From Isurus oxyrinchus (taxonomy: Eukaryota): a DNA stretch of 64,000 nucleotides. A program made the position numbers and the translations under genes. The stretch covers positions 5,518,001 to 5,582,000 of the forward strand of contig JANJGN010000034.1 of the NCBI GenBank assembly GCA_026770705.1, in the 5' to 3' direction. The number at the start of each line of letters is the position of its first letter. The first letter of the stretch is position 1. The notes below the pieces were generated by a model, which did no database searches, was not told the origin of the DNA, and saw only the letters and a list, made by a program, of their open reading frames with translations. This document shows, piece by piece, positions 13,593-27,100 of the stretch.

Positions 13593-15875
13593 GTGAGTAC
13601 AACACTGTTGTGTTCTAATCTATAACCGTTGTTTAAATCACTCAGTTCATTAATGTAATCATTGATTATTAAATGGATTTGGCTTGCTTGATATCCATTA
13701 TTCGGGATGCTCTAAGAAGTGATAAGGAGTTTGATTAACAACGATCAAAATTCCCTATATGTCTTTAAAGTAGTAAAACCTCATAAGCACTTCACAGACC
13801 AATTTTTAACCGTGCTTTGTCAACAGCTGTTTTATGGAAAATGTACGTTTTAGGTGTTTCTTTGCAGAATGAAAGCGCATTACTGATTAAAATTGCTTTA
13901 GGAAGAAATTTCAAGGTTTTAAGACACAGGTGACTGAGGAAACGACCACATGTTATGGAATATTCAACATTGGGAATGTGCAGAGGGGCGTCTAGTGAAT
14001 AATGCAGAGGTTTGCTCAGAATTGTTGGTTAGAGAAGTAGATGCGACTACCGAAGATGATCTTTAGAACGTTGAAAACATACGGCTTTACAGACCACAAC
14101 CTAATCACTTCAATAAGAATGCGTGTTCCAATCTACTAATCGATTGTTACTTTTGTTTGTAAAACTTAGTGCAGCTGTTTTTGCCTGTACCAATGTTTTG
14201 GGGAATCAGCAACGAATATCCATGATTTATCAAATTTGTGTTGCAGAACATCCCTTTACATTCACGTGCATGTGGCACGTTAAATTCCAATGCGAATATG
14301 TGTGAAGGAGTTGTATTGGTAACATGGCTGAACAATGAAATCAAGTGCAGACAAATCAATATGCTGAAAACACATAAACCTCTAAGGTGGAAATGAATAG
14401 TTTTGCTGTCAATTTCATACGCCGGCTGAGCAAATGTTAATATAACTTCATCCTATTTCTAAATATATAAAGATATTGAGTAAGATAACTAGACCTCGTT
14501 GGAGAACGCGAGCTTCAATGAAGGGTACTGACTCTCCACGCAGAAAGTAGGAGCACACGTTATCACGTTTAATTCTGTTCAAGTCGGAGTCCACCATCAC
14601 AGGTAGCGTGTTTGGAGTTAATGTATCTTGAATCCTTTCTTTGATTCCATCAAAACGTTTCAGGTTGACGCCACCAGCAAGATCATGAGTTTAACCAAAT
14701 TCACCCGGAGGTTTTTCCCCCTTCCCGTCTTATGATGACCCAATCGGGAAATAATCGGGTCATTTACACACTTCATATTAGTTAAGGCAACATTTCTAGT
14801 CATATGCGTTTGGAAAATGTCGAGACTTGTCAAGTACTAACCAGCATAGACCGAGCTCTCGGCTATTCAAGGAGAATCTGGAACAGCTTGGCCAACAAAC
14901 AACAATATCGCCATATGTTTATGGCATCACATGCAAGGTGAAGATTCGATTTCCATGCAACCTTGTTCTTAAGAAGATGTTGGTGAACAGCCTTAGGAGA
15001 AACTCTGAAATGTTTGTGGTGGATGCTTCACGAGTGTACTGTTAGATAAGAAGTTTAATGTTTGGTTTTGTTCTGCCGATGATGAAGGAACAGCAATGCA
15101 ATTCACTCATCATGGTATGAAACGTGAGGGACATTTTTTCCATTGTGCTCGGTACACTCATTCATTTAGCTGACAGAGCTCACGGGGTTGGAACTAGCTG
15201 ATGAAGATTCCTTGGCGATTTGTGGCAGTGCACATTGTAGATTCAATGAGCTGAAGTTCACTGCGCTAACAAGGTATGACGCCCGGCAAAAAAATAATGG
15301 CAGGTGAGTAGTGTTTGCCTAAATAACTGATATGAAGGAAATACATCCTTAACTCAGCAATTTTTTTAGGGATGCCAATAAGTTTGAAAACGGAATAGAA
15401 AATTAAGTTTGCATATTACACCTATCCCTCTACTAGTTAACTGCCAGCAAAAAGCAAATAAACAACCACTGCTGGCACGGTAACAATGTTTATACAATCC
15501 CATTTAATTTGCTATCGTGAGATATTCATTCCGATGCAGAAAAAAAATCAAAAGTTGGCGGTTCAGCCAACAATTCACTCTTTTACGCCGCATCATTCCT
15601 TACAGATGATTTTTTTTTAATAAGTGGACAAAGCTTTCAGGTGATGCTGAGGGTAGTGGAATAAATGACCTCAGCAACCTCTTATACTCTACGCCCGTTG
15701 AATTATGCTACTGAGTTTATGACTTTGCACTTGGAAAGTAGCAGGCGGCCGACACGTCAGCCGGCGCTTTGTATAAGAGCCAAAAACGTATTTCTCCTTT
15801 GAATATTGAGGTCCAGGGAATATCATAATTTAACTGAAAACTAATGGAGACTGCTGTGTTTGTGTTTCTTTTTAG

Positions 15876-15926
15876 AACTGAACGATTTGAAGGGCAGCCA
15901 GAAGGGAACATGTGAGAAAGGACAAG
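15876..15926 (+). CDS. Exon B1' (51 nt) ELNDLKGSQKGTCEKGQ; an alternative in-frame donor after 15911 gives 36 nt
   Basis: tgtttctttttag|aactgaac...ggacaag|gtgaat; occupies the B slot, starts EL and contains Cys. Confidence 0.7.
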
Positions 15927-16940
15927 GTGAATGTTTGCATATCAATGACGTAGGATCAATGACGTTTCATTGATTTAAGGAACGTGAAGCACAGGTCGCA
16001 GAATTCCCTTTTCTACGGAGCACTTAAACAATTAGCTTGGTGAGCGTATCAATTTGACATAGTGGGCGATGTGCTGATGATGTCGCACAAAATGTTCGAA
16101 CAAAAACAAAAGATAGAATGAGAATTATGATTTAGGCTCGGAATTGGAAAAAAAAGTCTCGCCTGTAATATCGTCGGTGTCATTGACGAGTTTTGGGATG
16201 CAAAGGCAAATTTTTCCCAGCACACAGATACCGCGTACAGGAGATATAAACATCTGTACCGATTCGATGGCCTCCATTTGGAATGGAATATAACTCGTAC
16301 ACTTGTACTATTTTAAAAAATGGAGTGGAAACTGTTTCAAATTAATCAGCTAGTGACGCTGCAGAAGTGAGGCCGAAGGTGTCTATCTACAATACACATG
16401 TGCCGACTAATTGAATACGCAGTAAATAAGAAAATAGGTAAGTATAAGAAATAGATGAAACAGCTGACAACAATTTATTCGAGCATAGAAGATGTGGCGA
16501 AAAGATTGTGAAACATAAAATGAGGCAACAGCTGATTAAAATGATGGAAATGTGTCTGGACAGCACCCTTAGTGAAACAAGAGCAAGTCAACCTATAATC
16601 TGCTGAGAGTAAGCAATCATAGGAGACATTAATGAGGAATGCTTACAGTGAAATAAAGAAGTAATTAAACACTGCAGAATATAACGAATCTAGAAAATAT
16701 ATTGGCGGGAAAATGAGGTGGGCCAGTAGGTGTTATTGAGAATACGACAATGACATCAGGAAAAAAAGGGACGCTGCTATCTGAAATACCATAATGTAAC
16801 TCATAACCATCAAAAAATAAAACGTCATAAAGGATCAATGACTCTAAATGATTATTTTTACGGTGTTTCTAATAACGAATGTAAAGTGGAAGAAGAAATA
16901 TGCAGGATAGTTAAGGGAATTGAGGTAAACATTACACTGT

Positions 16941-16973
16941 GATAATAATAATAATAATGATAATAATGATAAT
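16941..16973 (+). repeat. Imperfect (ATA/ATG)n microsatellite
   Basis: gataataataataataatgataataatgataat. Confidence 0.85.
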
Positions 16974-17166
16974 CGGTCAGGGGCTTCAAATGCCTCGATA
17001 TTAATTGGATGGGAAATTTAGGGAAATGGGGCAAGAGATTGATTTTGGTAACAGGTGAACAGGAAACCTTACTGTAACTACATCTACAAAATCCAAGAAG
17101 TTAATATTTGCTTGCGGATCCAGTAAATGCAAAACAAACAAGAGGACTAAAACTAGTGAACAAAGT

Positions 17167-17447
17167 CAGAATTACCTGGAAAAACTCAGCAGGTCTGGCA
17201 GCATCGGCAGAGAAGAAAAGAGTTGACGTTTCGAGTCCTGATGACCCTTCAACAGAACTAGGTGAATCCAAGGAAGGGGTGAAATATAAACTTATATTTC
17301 ACCCCTTCCTTGGATTCACCTAGTTCTGTTGAAGGGTCATCAAGGACTTGAAACATCAACTCTTTTTTTTTCCCGCCGATGCTAGCAGGCCTGCTGAGTT
17401 TTTCCAGGTAATTCTGTTTTTGTTTTGGATTTCCAGCATCTGCAGTT
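17167..17447. mobile_element. Inverted (foldback) pair of Penelope-like terminal repeats
   Basis: 17167-17289 is a near-perfect reverse complement of 17292-17416, centred on ...gaaatataa|ac|ttatatttc...; the right arm continues to about 17447. Confidence 0.92.
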
Positions 17448-20339
17448 ACGTGTACTTTTTTTAAATAATGAAACCTTCTGGATTTACTGGACCATAACAC
17501 ATCAAGATGCAATATAGAGCAGGCGAGGACTTATATATGACGAAGGATATGTTAAAAAAAGACAGACAAGAAGTGCAGAACAGTTTATTTTGCGATGCTG
17601 ATAATAGAACTTGGGAAATTAACTGGGCAGCGATTTTTGTAAAGTTCGATATAACACAGCAGTGTGAAAGTTTAAAGAAAAGTTAAAAGTGTTCAAAGCA
17701 AATGTTCTGCTAAAGCGACTGCACAAACTAAAATTATTGAATTCGTATTGATGAATGAGTGCATAAGGTTGCAACTTATATATCTTAAATAGGCATATAT
17801 TAAGTATGTAAAGAAGTTAGGTTGCATCATAAGAGTGAATAAGAAGTTAAGAGAGAAGCAACGTTACATTTGGCAAGGTAATGAGGAAATATCGGAAAAA
17901 AACAAGTTTAATGAAGCAAAACAGAAATAGAAATAGCTTACAGGTGCATCAAAATGACATAGGACGTTAGATTCTGAATTGGAGTATAATGGAAGAGATA
18001 TAACAATGCCAAATTTAACGTTTGATAGATGACAGTGATATAATATACTTAGGATGTTTTAATACACATCAGTGACATAGGTCAGATGGGCATGGATTTA
18101 AATGATAGAACAACTAATTAAGCAGTTGCATTAACAGGAATGAATTAAAGCAGAATACAAAAGACGTATTCAATAATATCATATATGCCTTGGCTTGAAG
18201 GTATTGCATTGGCAAATATAAAAAAAATAGCCCTTGGAGGAGATAGCGGGGCTTTAATAGAGATAGTTAATAGTTGTTCCGACAATAAACAATGTAAGGT
18301 GCCGGAGGAATTGTTAAAAATCTAACATAACTCCCATACTTGTAAAGAAAGGGGAGGCAGAGCGAATGGGGAACTATTGAACAAATATCCAAATACTAAT
18401 GATGGGTGAAATAGTGGACTGCCTGCCAAAAATCACAATACGATCAGCTGGTAATGAAAAAAAAAAACATGTAGTACTGAATTGCCAGCGTAGATTTCAA
18501 AAGACATGCCCTAGTTCCGGAAACATTGTAGAGTTCTCTGTGGAGGTGAGAGAGAGATGAAAATGGCAAGCAGGATATGCATTTTGAAATTATTCTCAAA
18601 AGCCTTTCAAATGGGTGCCCCATAATGGACCGAGGAATAAGGTTATTGAGTGTGGTGCTGGCGAGCAATTGGCAAATTAAATTACTACCTATCACCAAGA
18701 TATGAATGAGAGATTGGAAGGAAAGGGTAGATATTCCCAACGGCAGAAAAGGGGAAGGTGAAAAAAGCATTCCGTCGGCTTTACTTCCACAGAGCTCGAA
18801 CTGAAAGTTAGTGACGTTATCTTAATCATGCATGAGAACTCTGTAGGCCTCTACCAGAGTATCGTGTGAACTGCTGGTCTCCATGTCATAACCATGATAT
18901 ATAAGCTTTCGTGCCGTTACAGGTAAGATTTAGAATGATATCAGTAATCCATCATAGACACAAGAGAAAATAAAGAGGAGGTGGGGTTTCTAATAGAGGC
19001 AATTAAAATATGAAAAGCTTCGTTATATTCGATATAGAAAGACTGTTTCCACTTTGACAGCAACAGCAGCCATCATCAAGAATGCAATAAAAGCAAGGAT
19101 AGAAATAAAAGCTCAAACAGAGAATTGAGGGTGTAGAATGGGAGGATGGCGGAGCTCGTTGAAGCGACTGGTGTCCATGCATTTCTTCTGACGCTAGTCA
19201 ACTATTCGGTGCTATACGGACTGAAAAATTAGGATGATAGATTTAAATGAAAGAGGTTTGAAGGCCAAAGAACGGCCTACATGGACTGGTTCCATTTAAT
19301 GGCCAGTTTCTGTTTCGTGTATCACACTTAATCAAGTTAAAATAGCGAATTCGGTTAAGGATATCTCGTTATCATTCTGAGGCGAGTAGTTGGGTACTGT
19401 GCATTAACAAAACGTGCTCTTGTGGACTTACGCAGAACCAGTTATGACTGGCGCACATCGTCATTAGCCCGAAGCACAACTGCTCTGATATTACCAGAAA
19501 ACCGGCATCTTGATATTCTCCAAATATTTTGTTAGGTGACTGATTATCAGTAAACTTTATTCAGAACACGTACAGGTGCAAGTATAACATTCGGTCATGT
19601 GTTGCGATCTGTCCGATGTTACTACTGAAGATGTTTTTTATTCCCCCTCCCATTATCGTCAATAGTAACAAAATAAAATGGTTGTGTGCTAAATAAATAC
19701 TGGAAGTAAATGCCCTTGCATTGCAGGCGATCTTCCTAAGCCCCCTCCCGATGAAGGTGAAGGTGAGGAATGAAATAAAATTACTCACCAGACTTGTCGG
19801 CTCTTGATGTTTCAATGATTGATAGATTAAATAAATATACAAATTAAGTGAGATGCGTTAAGACATTTTGTTAAGTGCATAGGAATTTTTTGTCAAAATG
19901 CTGCGTTCACCATCACATATGCGATGCAGCTGAGCTGAATTTCAGATAAAATCCCTATGATGGTTTCATCAGGAACTGCCAGATTCGTGCTAATAGCGAA
20001 GAGGAACATTGGTCTGTCGTTTTTCTTTATTGTATATGGAAGCAAATTTCATCAACTTTGGACACCCAAAAGGTGAACATATTTTTGGCGCTTATTTTAT
20101 GAATTGCTTTAACATATGAAAAACACACACTATTCAGAATTCAATTTAAGTGAATCCCCATAGACCGATATACACCTCCTTCGGCTATCATCTAAAGACA
20201 AGCAACGAAACTTCTTTCAAAAGGGAGGTCCGAAGAACATGTCATGAGCACGAGTTAAATATAGTATCGAGGGCTGCATATATGTTGCACAACAAACAGT
20301 GCATGTTAATAAGAAACAAATGCTTCTCCTTCAATTCTT

Positions 20340-21070
20340 CAAAGAGAAAATCCAGCCATCACCCCTTTGGCATTCAAAAGCAATTCCAATGCTGACACTA
20401 TCACTACCAGCGGCGCTTTGTATTGAGCTGAAACTGAACTAAAGCAGCCACTGAAATTTGTCGGCTCAAGAATGATTTGAGGCTTGGAATTTTGCAGCGA
20501 GTAACTCACCTCATGACTCCCCAAAGCCCCTGAGCACCGCCTACCGGGAAGAAGTCAGGAGTGTAGTATAGCATGCTCCATTTGCCTGGATCATTGCAAG
20601 TCTAATAAAATGGAAAAAAGCTGGGAAGTATGCAGGACGAAGTTTCCACTTCATCGGCGCCTTAACTACCAAATTCAAAATCCACTTCTTCCACCATTAA
20701 GCACAATTACAGCACCGAGCACAATCTTCAAGTTGTACTACAACACCTCGATGAGATCCTTTGGCAGCTCCGTCCAGATCCTCGAACTCTACGTCAGCAC
20801 GTAATAGGCCAGCAGAAGCATGGCAAAACCTCCTAGCCGATTCCTTCCAAGCCAAAGACCATTGAGGCTTGAAACCATATCGGCGTTCATATCTGCCGCT
20901 GCCAAATCCACCAACTACTTCACTAACTGTATTGTGATTGTACTTAAACCAGTTGGGCATCAGCAATTCAAGAAGGAATCTCAGTTCCACAACCTCAAAT
21001 GCAGATGGGGATAGACAATTAAAGCTGGCCTAGCCAGCGACTCCCAAATCCCATTAAAAAAAAAAATCCA
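20340..21070 (+). mobile_element. Decayed LINE 3' fragment (APE-RT family) with A-rich tail
   Basis: gagtaactcacctcatgactccccaaagcc...gctggcctagccagcgactcccaaatcccattaaaaaaaaaa. Confidence 0.75.
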
Positions 21071-21793
21071 TTATGGAAAGTCTCACAGCCAGCAGAGATA
21101 TCATTGACTGCTATCCCACCGCGTCTATTTTGTGAAAAGCAATTTACCTATGAGCAACAATCGTGAGAATAAAGGTCCCCAAAACCCCGTCCTAAATGAT
21201 CGCAAGGTCCAATAAATAAGAGGTTGACACTCTTACTTCTGTTTCTAACCAGCATTCCCAGATAATGATGCACCTACTTATGTATTCATTCTTGGAACAC
21301 GTGCATCACCTCGCAAAGAACATTTAGATAAGCGAAAGTAAGTTAGCCTAGTTAACATTCATTTGGTGGCAAATGATTCAGCTTTGCAAGTTGCTTCAGA
21401 TGGTTGGCCATCATAGTTACAATCACACTTAACATGATTACATAAACTTAAAACGTAAAGCGCACTTGCATTTAGAAGGCTCATACATGGTAAGAACGAT
21501 TCCTGGTGAGATTCAGAATAATAATTCCAGCAGACAGAAGACAAGGTAGGAAAATGGAAATTAGACTCCCTAATGTTCCAGTGCGCATCCCAGCTAAAAA
21601 AAAATAGTAATGGTTGTATAAATTTCCGCAATGCAACAGCATGTACATGAAGCTGGTTGTATGAAGTGACGCTAAATGACCTGGGAAAAACTAACAGTGT
21701 TGTGAATTTTGAGCCGTTGACAATAATTAATTTGGAAATGCATGCAAAGCAATGAATGTCAATCTGATCGCACTGAGTTGCACTTCATTGCAG

Positions 21794-21820
21794 ATTTAGA
21801 GCTTCTGAAAAAGATTTTAG
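21794..21820 (+). CDS. Micro-exon C1 (27 nt) DLELLKKIL
   Basis: cttcattgcag|atttagagc...gattttag|gtaaaa. Confidence 0.85.
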
Positions 21821-22769
21821 GTAAAATGTTCTACAAGTTATTTATTCAAACTACGTATTGGGAATCACCGTCGGTCACTTAACCACTGTTCTGGCAACTG
21901 TTGCTTCAAAAGCACCATTTCGGCTGTCAACACGGTTGCTTTTTTGTCCGAACTGGTGGGTTTCAGATATATTATGCATCCATCATAATCAACGAAAAGC
22001 ATAAACTTTTCAGTATCGCAAACGAAAGTATAATGCATCGCCCACCTTTTTCCCCAGACCCAGAGCGATATCATAGTCATGCAAAAAAATTACCTAGCAA
22101 AGTTTAATTATTTACCTGTCAAAATTTAAATATTCATCTGACAAACTTTAAAATATTTACCTTTTAGCTGAAGCTGTTTCTGCAATGCTGCAAAAGATGA
22201 AATCTTCCTTCACATTTCATTTTCTTTAGTGAAATTGAGAGTTGATTCTGGATATATGATAACTGAAAATTATAAAAGCTGGCCTCTTCCCAGTATTGCG
22301 TGCTATCAGTGAAACTTAGAGCAAATTAACTGTGGGAGAACAAATGCATTCAAAAAGCTCTTAGAATAGATGGCCAAATGTGTCATGAATGATATAAGTT
22401 TCAATGTGCAGCTTTAAAGAGGACTGCGTGTTGGTGAGCATGGGGGCACATGGAGAGATTTGCAGAAATTTGGCAGCTGAAGGCATAAGCAAACATTGAA
22501 GTCCATGAAGGCAGGTGCTGTGAAAGTATCAAGCATTGGAGGAGGGCAGGAGTCTTGGAGAGATTTGAAACTAAGTGTGCTAATTACGAGTTTGAGGCTT
22601 TTCAGCTATACACCCGATGGAAGTCCATTCACACCATAGTGATAAATGTGCCAGACCTGGTGTGCGCTCGATACTCACATTAGGCGTTTGGATGGGTCTA
22701 AATTCAGAGTGGCTGCCATAAATAAGAGATCCATGTTTTCTCTGCCCAATGGCAACCTAATTATTACAT

Positions 22770-24540
22770 ATCTTGTGATCGCATCATTTATCATATAACG
22801 TAGGAATTTCGCTGACACTGAAGTGAGGCATAGGCAGCTCTATTTCCCTGTTTTTTTTTCTCTCTCCCTTTTGAATAAAATATTGGGATCACATTTTCCT
22901 CGTGAAACTTTGTAGGAACCATTGCTTTGTCTGCAGAATTATTACAATGAACAGCAATACATCTGCCATCGCTTCCGCCATTTTTACCAATACTCAGGGA
23001 TGGAGGTCATCATCTGCATGGGATATTTCGAATTTATTCATTCTTAATTTTCCCACTACTATTTGGAATACTAATAACAGTATCTTGCTATCTGTTCTTT
23101 ACACTAATCCTTCATTCTTTTTTTTTCTCCCGAAGATTGATATTTTCGTTCCTAAAGACAGGCACAAGATTTTTTTTTTTTTTTTAATTTTGTGGGCCTT
23201 TTTCTTATTCCTAATTATAAAGCCTGTTGACTCCTTTTGTAACGGACACACTTTATTCATATTTTATATACATATATTTGTGCTAACGTGTTCCTTTTTT
23301 GACATCTACAGTATCTTTTGATGTCTGATGTAATGGCTTTCGCTAGTGTACTCTCACTCACTTTTTCATTTCTAAAACATTTCCTTGGGTCTGTTTTGGA
23401 GAATTATTAAGAGTGCCAAATCTAAAGTCTATTATTTATTGGCAGCTTAATACGTCCCTTCCTTTGATCTAATGCAATCATAGATACATTTTGTTCACAA
23501 TAGTTGGAACATTTCCCTTGCTAGATTTTTGTGCATTAGAGAATATTGTTGTATGTTATGTATTCGTTATTGAAATGTTAGCTACTGATTGCTTGCATTT
23601 ATCATTTTACATAGTTTCTCAATATACCATACCCAAATTTCTTTCATACTTTCTTAATTTTCCCTGGAAAGATTTATGACACTACTCTCCTTTTGAACAA
23701 AATCACTTTCAAACTTATTGTAAAAAAATTTCATATTATGGTCATTCTTTCCTAGATGTGCTTGATAACACGATTATCAATTCGCCCGTTTTCATTGCAC
23801 AGTAATGGATCGGAAATAGCCCGTTCCCTGGCTAGTTCCTCAACATGCCACTTTGAAAAACCATCCTGTATTCATTCCAAGATATTTCACTCCACATAAT
23901 AGTATTAATTGGTATTACCCAACCTATATATGGACAGAACTCTTCCTAAAACACCAGTTTAATCATGCAGCAAATGCTTCTATTTTCCTGGTATATACAT
24001 TCACTTACATCAACGTTGCTGTTGGGAAGCCTATAAATTTGTATTAAAAAAAATCCACCAATGTTTGCTGCCTCATGCTGCTTCCTAGTTCAACACAAAT
24101 TGAATCTACCTCTTGATCTTTATAACTAAATGCATTCGTCAACACGGTACTACTGTTGTCTTAAATTAAGAGAGCTACCACGGCTCATTTCCCTGCTTTC
24201 TGCCCTTCCTGAATGCCACATACCATTGGGTATTCAGGTCCCAGCTTTGGTTTCCTTTTAGATGCCTCTGCATGATGGCTATCAGGTTACACCTATCAAT
24301 TTATATTTGTGTTGATAATGCATGTCTTTTATTGCGAATTATGATTTTATTTTCCACGTTTTTTTTGGCTCCATCTGCTGGTATATAATTTTGCGATCAC
24401 TGTCCATTTATGCCATACACTTGAGTGTTGTTAACTATGTTGTTACCTTTGTCTATGGCCTTGGCGTTTCGTGCACCTTTACTCAATGTTGGCCTATATG
24501 ATCCCACTCGATCCCCATATTTAGTTTAAAGCCCGATCCA
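22770..24540 (-). mobile_element. Highly decayed CR1-type LINE (ORF2 5' region, antisense)
   Basis: Long pyrimidine-rich tract with CR1-like antisense words (cccgttccctggctagttcctcaac, tattcaggtcccagc). Approximate. Confidence 0.45.
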
Positions 24541-25526
24541 CCCCATTTAGACATTTAGAAATGCCTCCATCTGGAAGGTAAAAACTCGCTCAATATGCGT
24601 GGCATTGATTAAATATGTTCTTTCAATTTAATTTGAAGTAACATTGTATTAGAATGACGATTTACCTCATCATGCCAGCTTCATCAAACTGCTGATGTAC
24701 CGCCAGCTGAGCAGCTATCAGTTGCGGTTTTAAAGCAAAGATAATTTACGATTCATAATTTCTCATGGTACTGTGGTATATACAGCTGTTCAAAAATATA
24801 TGGGTTTATTTATATTCTTCAGCCCTTGGCCTAATTTCTCAAGAGCATTTATATTGCCCTCATATTTACGTTCTAAAGCCTAACATTGGCCCTTGACCAA
24901 TCCGCTGATAATGAAATTGTGAAGCTGGTGAGGACAAAAAGGACAAACATGCTCTCAAACTTTTGTATGCTTTGTAGAGCTCGAAGTGAACTTGGTGAAG
25001 TGGAGCAACGTGCATAATGTTAAGTTTGTTGACTGTTCGTGGCCGTTTCTTAAATTTAGTCCGATGATCAATATAACTGAATAGCTGATGTGTGGTTTGA
25101 CGGGCGGAGTACAGCGATGCTGCTACTTTCTATCTCAATCCAGTACCAACAACACACCCAATAGATATGACTCCCATAACTCCCCAGCCCTACTTTGCTC
25201 CGCATAATAAAACACAACGACTGGTGGCAATTCTGTCGTAGTAATCAGATTACTAATTAAACATTTCGGAAAATGTCATGCATACACAGAAGATATGGGA
25301 AGAATGATGAGTCAGGACACTGAACAGTTAGGGTTTCAAATTGGACGTCTAATATTACTGGCAATGGCTAGAAAGTGCAGTGAATGGTATAACTTTGTGA
25401 CTTTGTTTTACTAAGGCAGCATTATTTTAAGAAGGAGTACTAAATAAAAATGAGATTTCGAACCCAAGATTATGTTCTGGAATAATGAATGTGACACTTT
25501 TTGAGAGATCATATCTTATCTTAAAG

Positions 25527-25562
25527 AACTGGAAAAAGCAAAGACACTGCTAAACGACAAAG
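25527..25562 (+). CDS. Micro-exon D2 (36 nt) ELEKAKTLLNDK
   Basis: tcttatcttaaag|aactggaaa...gacaaag|gtaaga. Confidence 0.85.
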
Positions 25563-26313
25563 GTAAGATAAATACAGGAAGGATTTAAATATAATAGTAC
25601 TTGAATTAAAGCTGAGACTTTGTCATACGTGTCTTCCTTCAGGCCCAGGTGATGCTACAGACATTATAAGCAAATGAGGCCCTCTGCCAAAGTAACAATT
25701 TCTCCAAACTCCCCCTTAGTAATTGAACATTTGGGTGAATTCCAGTTCGATAACTAAAACATTTTGGTTTCCTCAAACATTCAAGGCTGAACAATTATCT
25801 CGGACGCGGAATATACCCTCTGATGTTTTAACTGTCCATTAAATTCAACAGAACTGAACATATGGCGTGCATTCCAAGAGCTCAGTGATATTGCCATGTT
25901 ATTATTGGTGCAAAATTTCAATTTAATTCTCTGGATATTGTTTCAAAATATAGATGAAAATGGCATGTTTTCATTACATTTCTTCACAAATTTATGAATT
26001 TAGGACATTTGAATTAAGGGCGAAGTATCGTGATCACCAAGTGATTTGGATCATTATTCTTCACATATTTCAAATTCTAAGTAACAAAGCTAAGTTGAAT
26101 ACTTTGTCGAATAGTAACAAAGCAAAACAGAATACTTTGTTGAATCCGATTTCCAGTCAATTATATTGTTATTGATGTGAAAACATGCAGTCGGTTATTG
26201 AAATTAACAATTATGTTCGACGCTATTTATTAATAATTAAATGAGATCTCATAATACCATTAATTATCTTTATTTTCCCTTGGTATTGAGGTTATATTTT
26301 GTAACATTTTCAG

Positions 26314-26340
26314 AGATAAAGCTCAGGAACTGCGAAAAAG
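26314..26340 (+). CDS. Micro-exon A2 (27 nt) EIKLRNCEK
   Basis: aacattttcag|agataaagc...gaaaaag|gtagat. Confidence 0.85.
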
Positions 26341-26442
26341 GTAGATGATGTTAAGATTTGAACTTTGATGTCTGATCTGTTTTGAGAAACTGAATGCCTT
26401 CCTCCTGATTAGACTAACTCTATTTAACATCTATATTCGTAG

Positions 26443-26469
26443 CTCTGAAGGAAAAGTGCAATAATGATG
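26443..26469 (+). CDS. Micro-exon B2 (27 nt) ALKEKCNND
   Basis: ctatattcgtag|ctctgaagg...aatgatg|gtgagt; 102-nt intron from A2. Confidence 0.9.
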
Positions 26470-26579
26470 GTGAGTGACGATAACTGAGCAGCTTGTGCTG
26501 CGGAGGGATTGGGCAGCTTTGAGATAACTAAGGTGATAGCTCACTGTTGCCAAAGTTGGCAGTCCATTTTTCACAGTGT

Positions 26580-27100
26580 ATTTCATTAATTCAGGGGAAG
26601 TGAACGTCGTTGCATAGGGCGGCATTGATTTCCCATCCCTAAATGTCGTCGAAGATGTGTTGGTGCACTGCCTTTTGAATAACTGTAGTCCATGGGGTGA
26701 AGTGCAAGCAGTCAAGGCGGTGTTTTAATTGGAGGGGAATTTGCAGGTGGTGGTGTTCCTGTGCAGCAACTCTCCTTGTCCTTCCCGGTTATAAATGTCG
26801 CCGGTTTGGTCGGTGCTGTTGAAGAGGCCTTGTTAAGTTGTTGAAGTCCATCTTATAGATGATACAAACTGTGTCCACTGTGCACGGGTGGTTGAGCAAG
26901 TATATGTTTAAGTTAACGGGTGGAGAGCCAGTCAAGTGTGCTACTATGTCTTGAATGGTGCTAGGCTTCTTGGACTTATTGGAGTGTACTATCCACGAAA
27001 ACGACACTTATTCGGCCATACATCTGACTGTGCCTTGTAGATGGCGCACAGTGTTGACTTGCTTTCTGCATAATTCAGTTTCTGACCTGCTCTTGTAGCA
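26580..27100 (-). mobile_element. Decayed LINE 3' fragment (APE-RT family)
   Basis: cccatccctaaatg...ttggaggggaatttgcaggtggtggtgttcc...tgactgtgccttgtagatgg is the reverse complement of the family 3' end. Confidence 0.75.

Larger units (their letters stand above)
16000..19320 (+). mobile_element. Highly decayed CR1-type LINE, interrupted by the foldback PLE end
   Basis: Purine-rich body; near 18840-18900 gtaggcctctaccagagtatcgtgtgaactgctggtctcca resembles CR1 VRP.LEYCV.FWSP. Approximate. Confidence 0.6.

Noticed and set aside
15241-15303. Possible exon ending at a strong gtgagt donor (15304)
   Set aside because: The 63-nt version has a TGA stop in phase 1, there is no AG 27 or 36 nt upstream, and it adjoins a decayed LINE.
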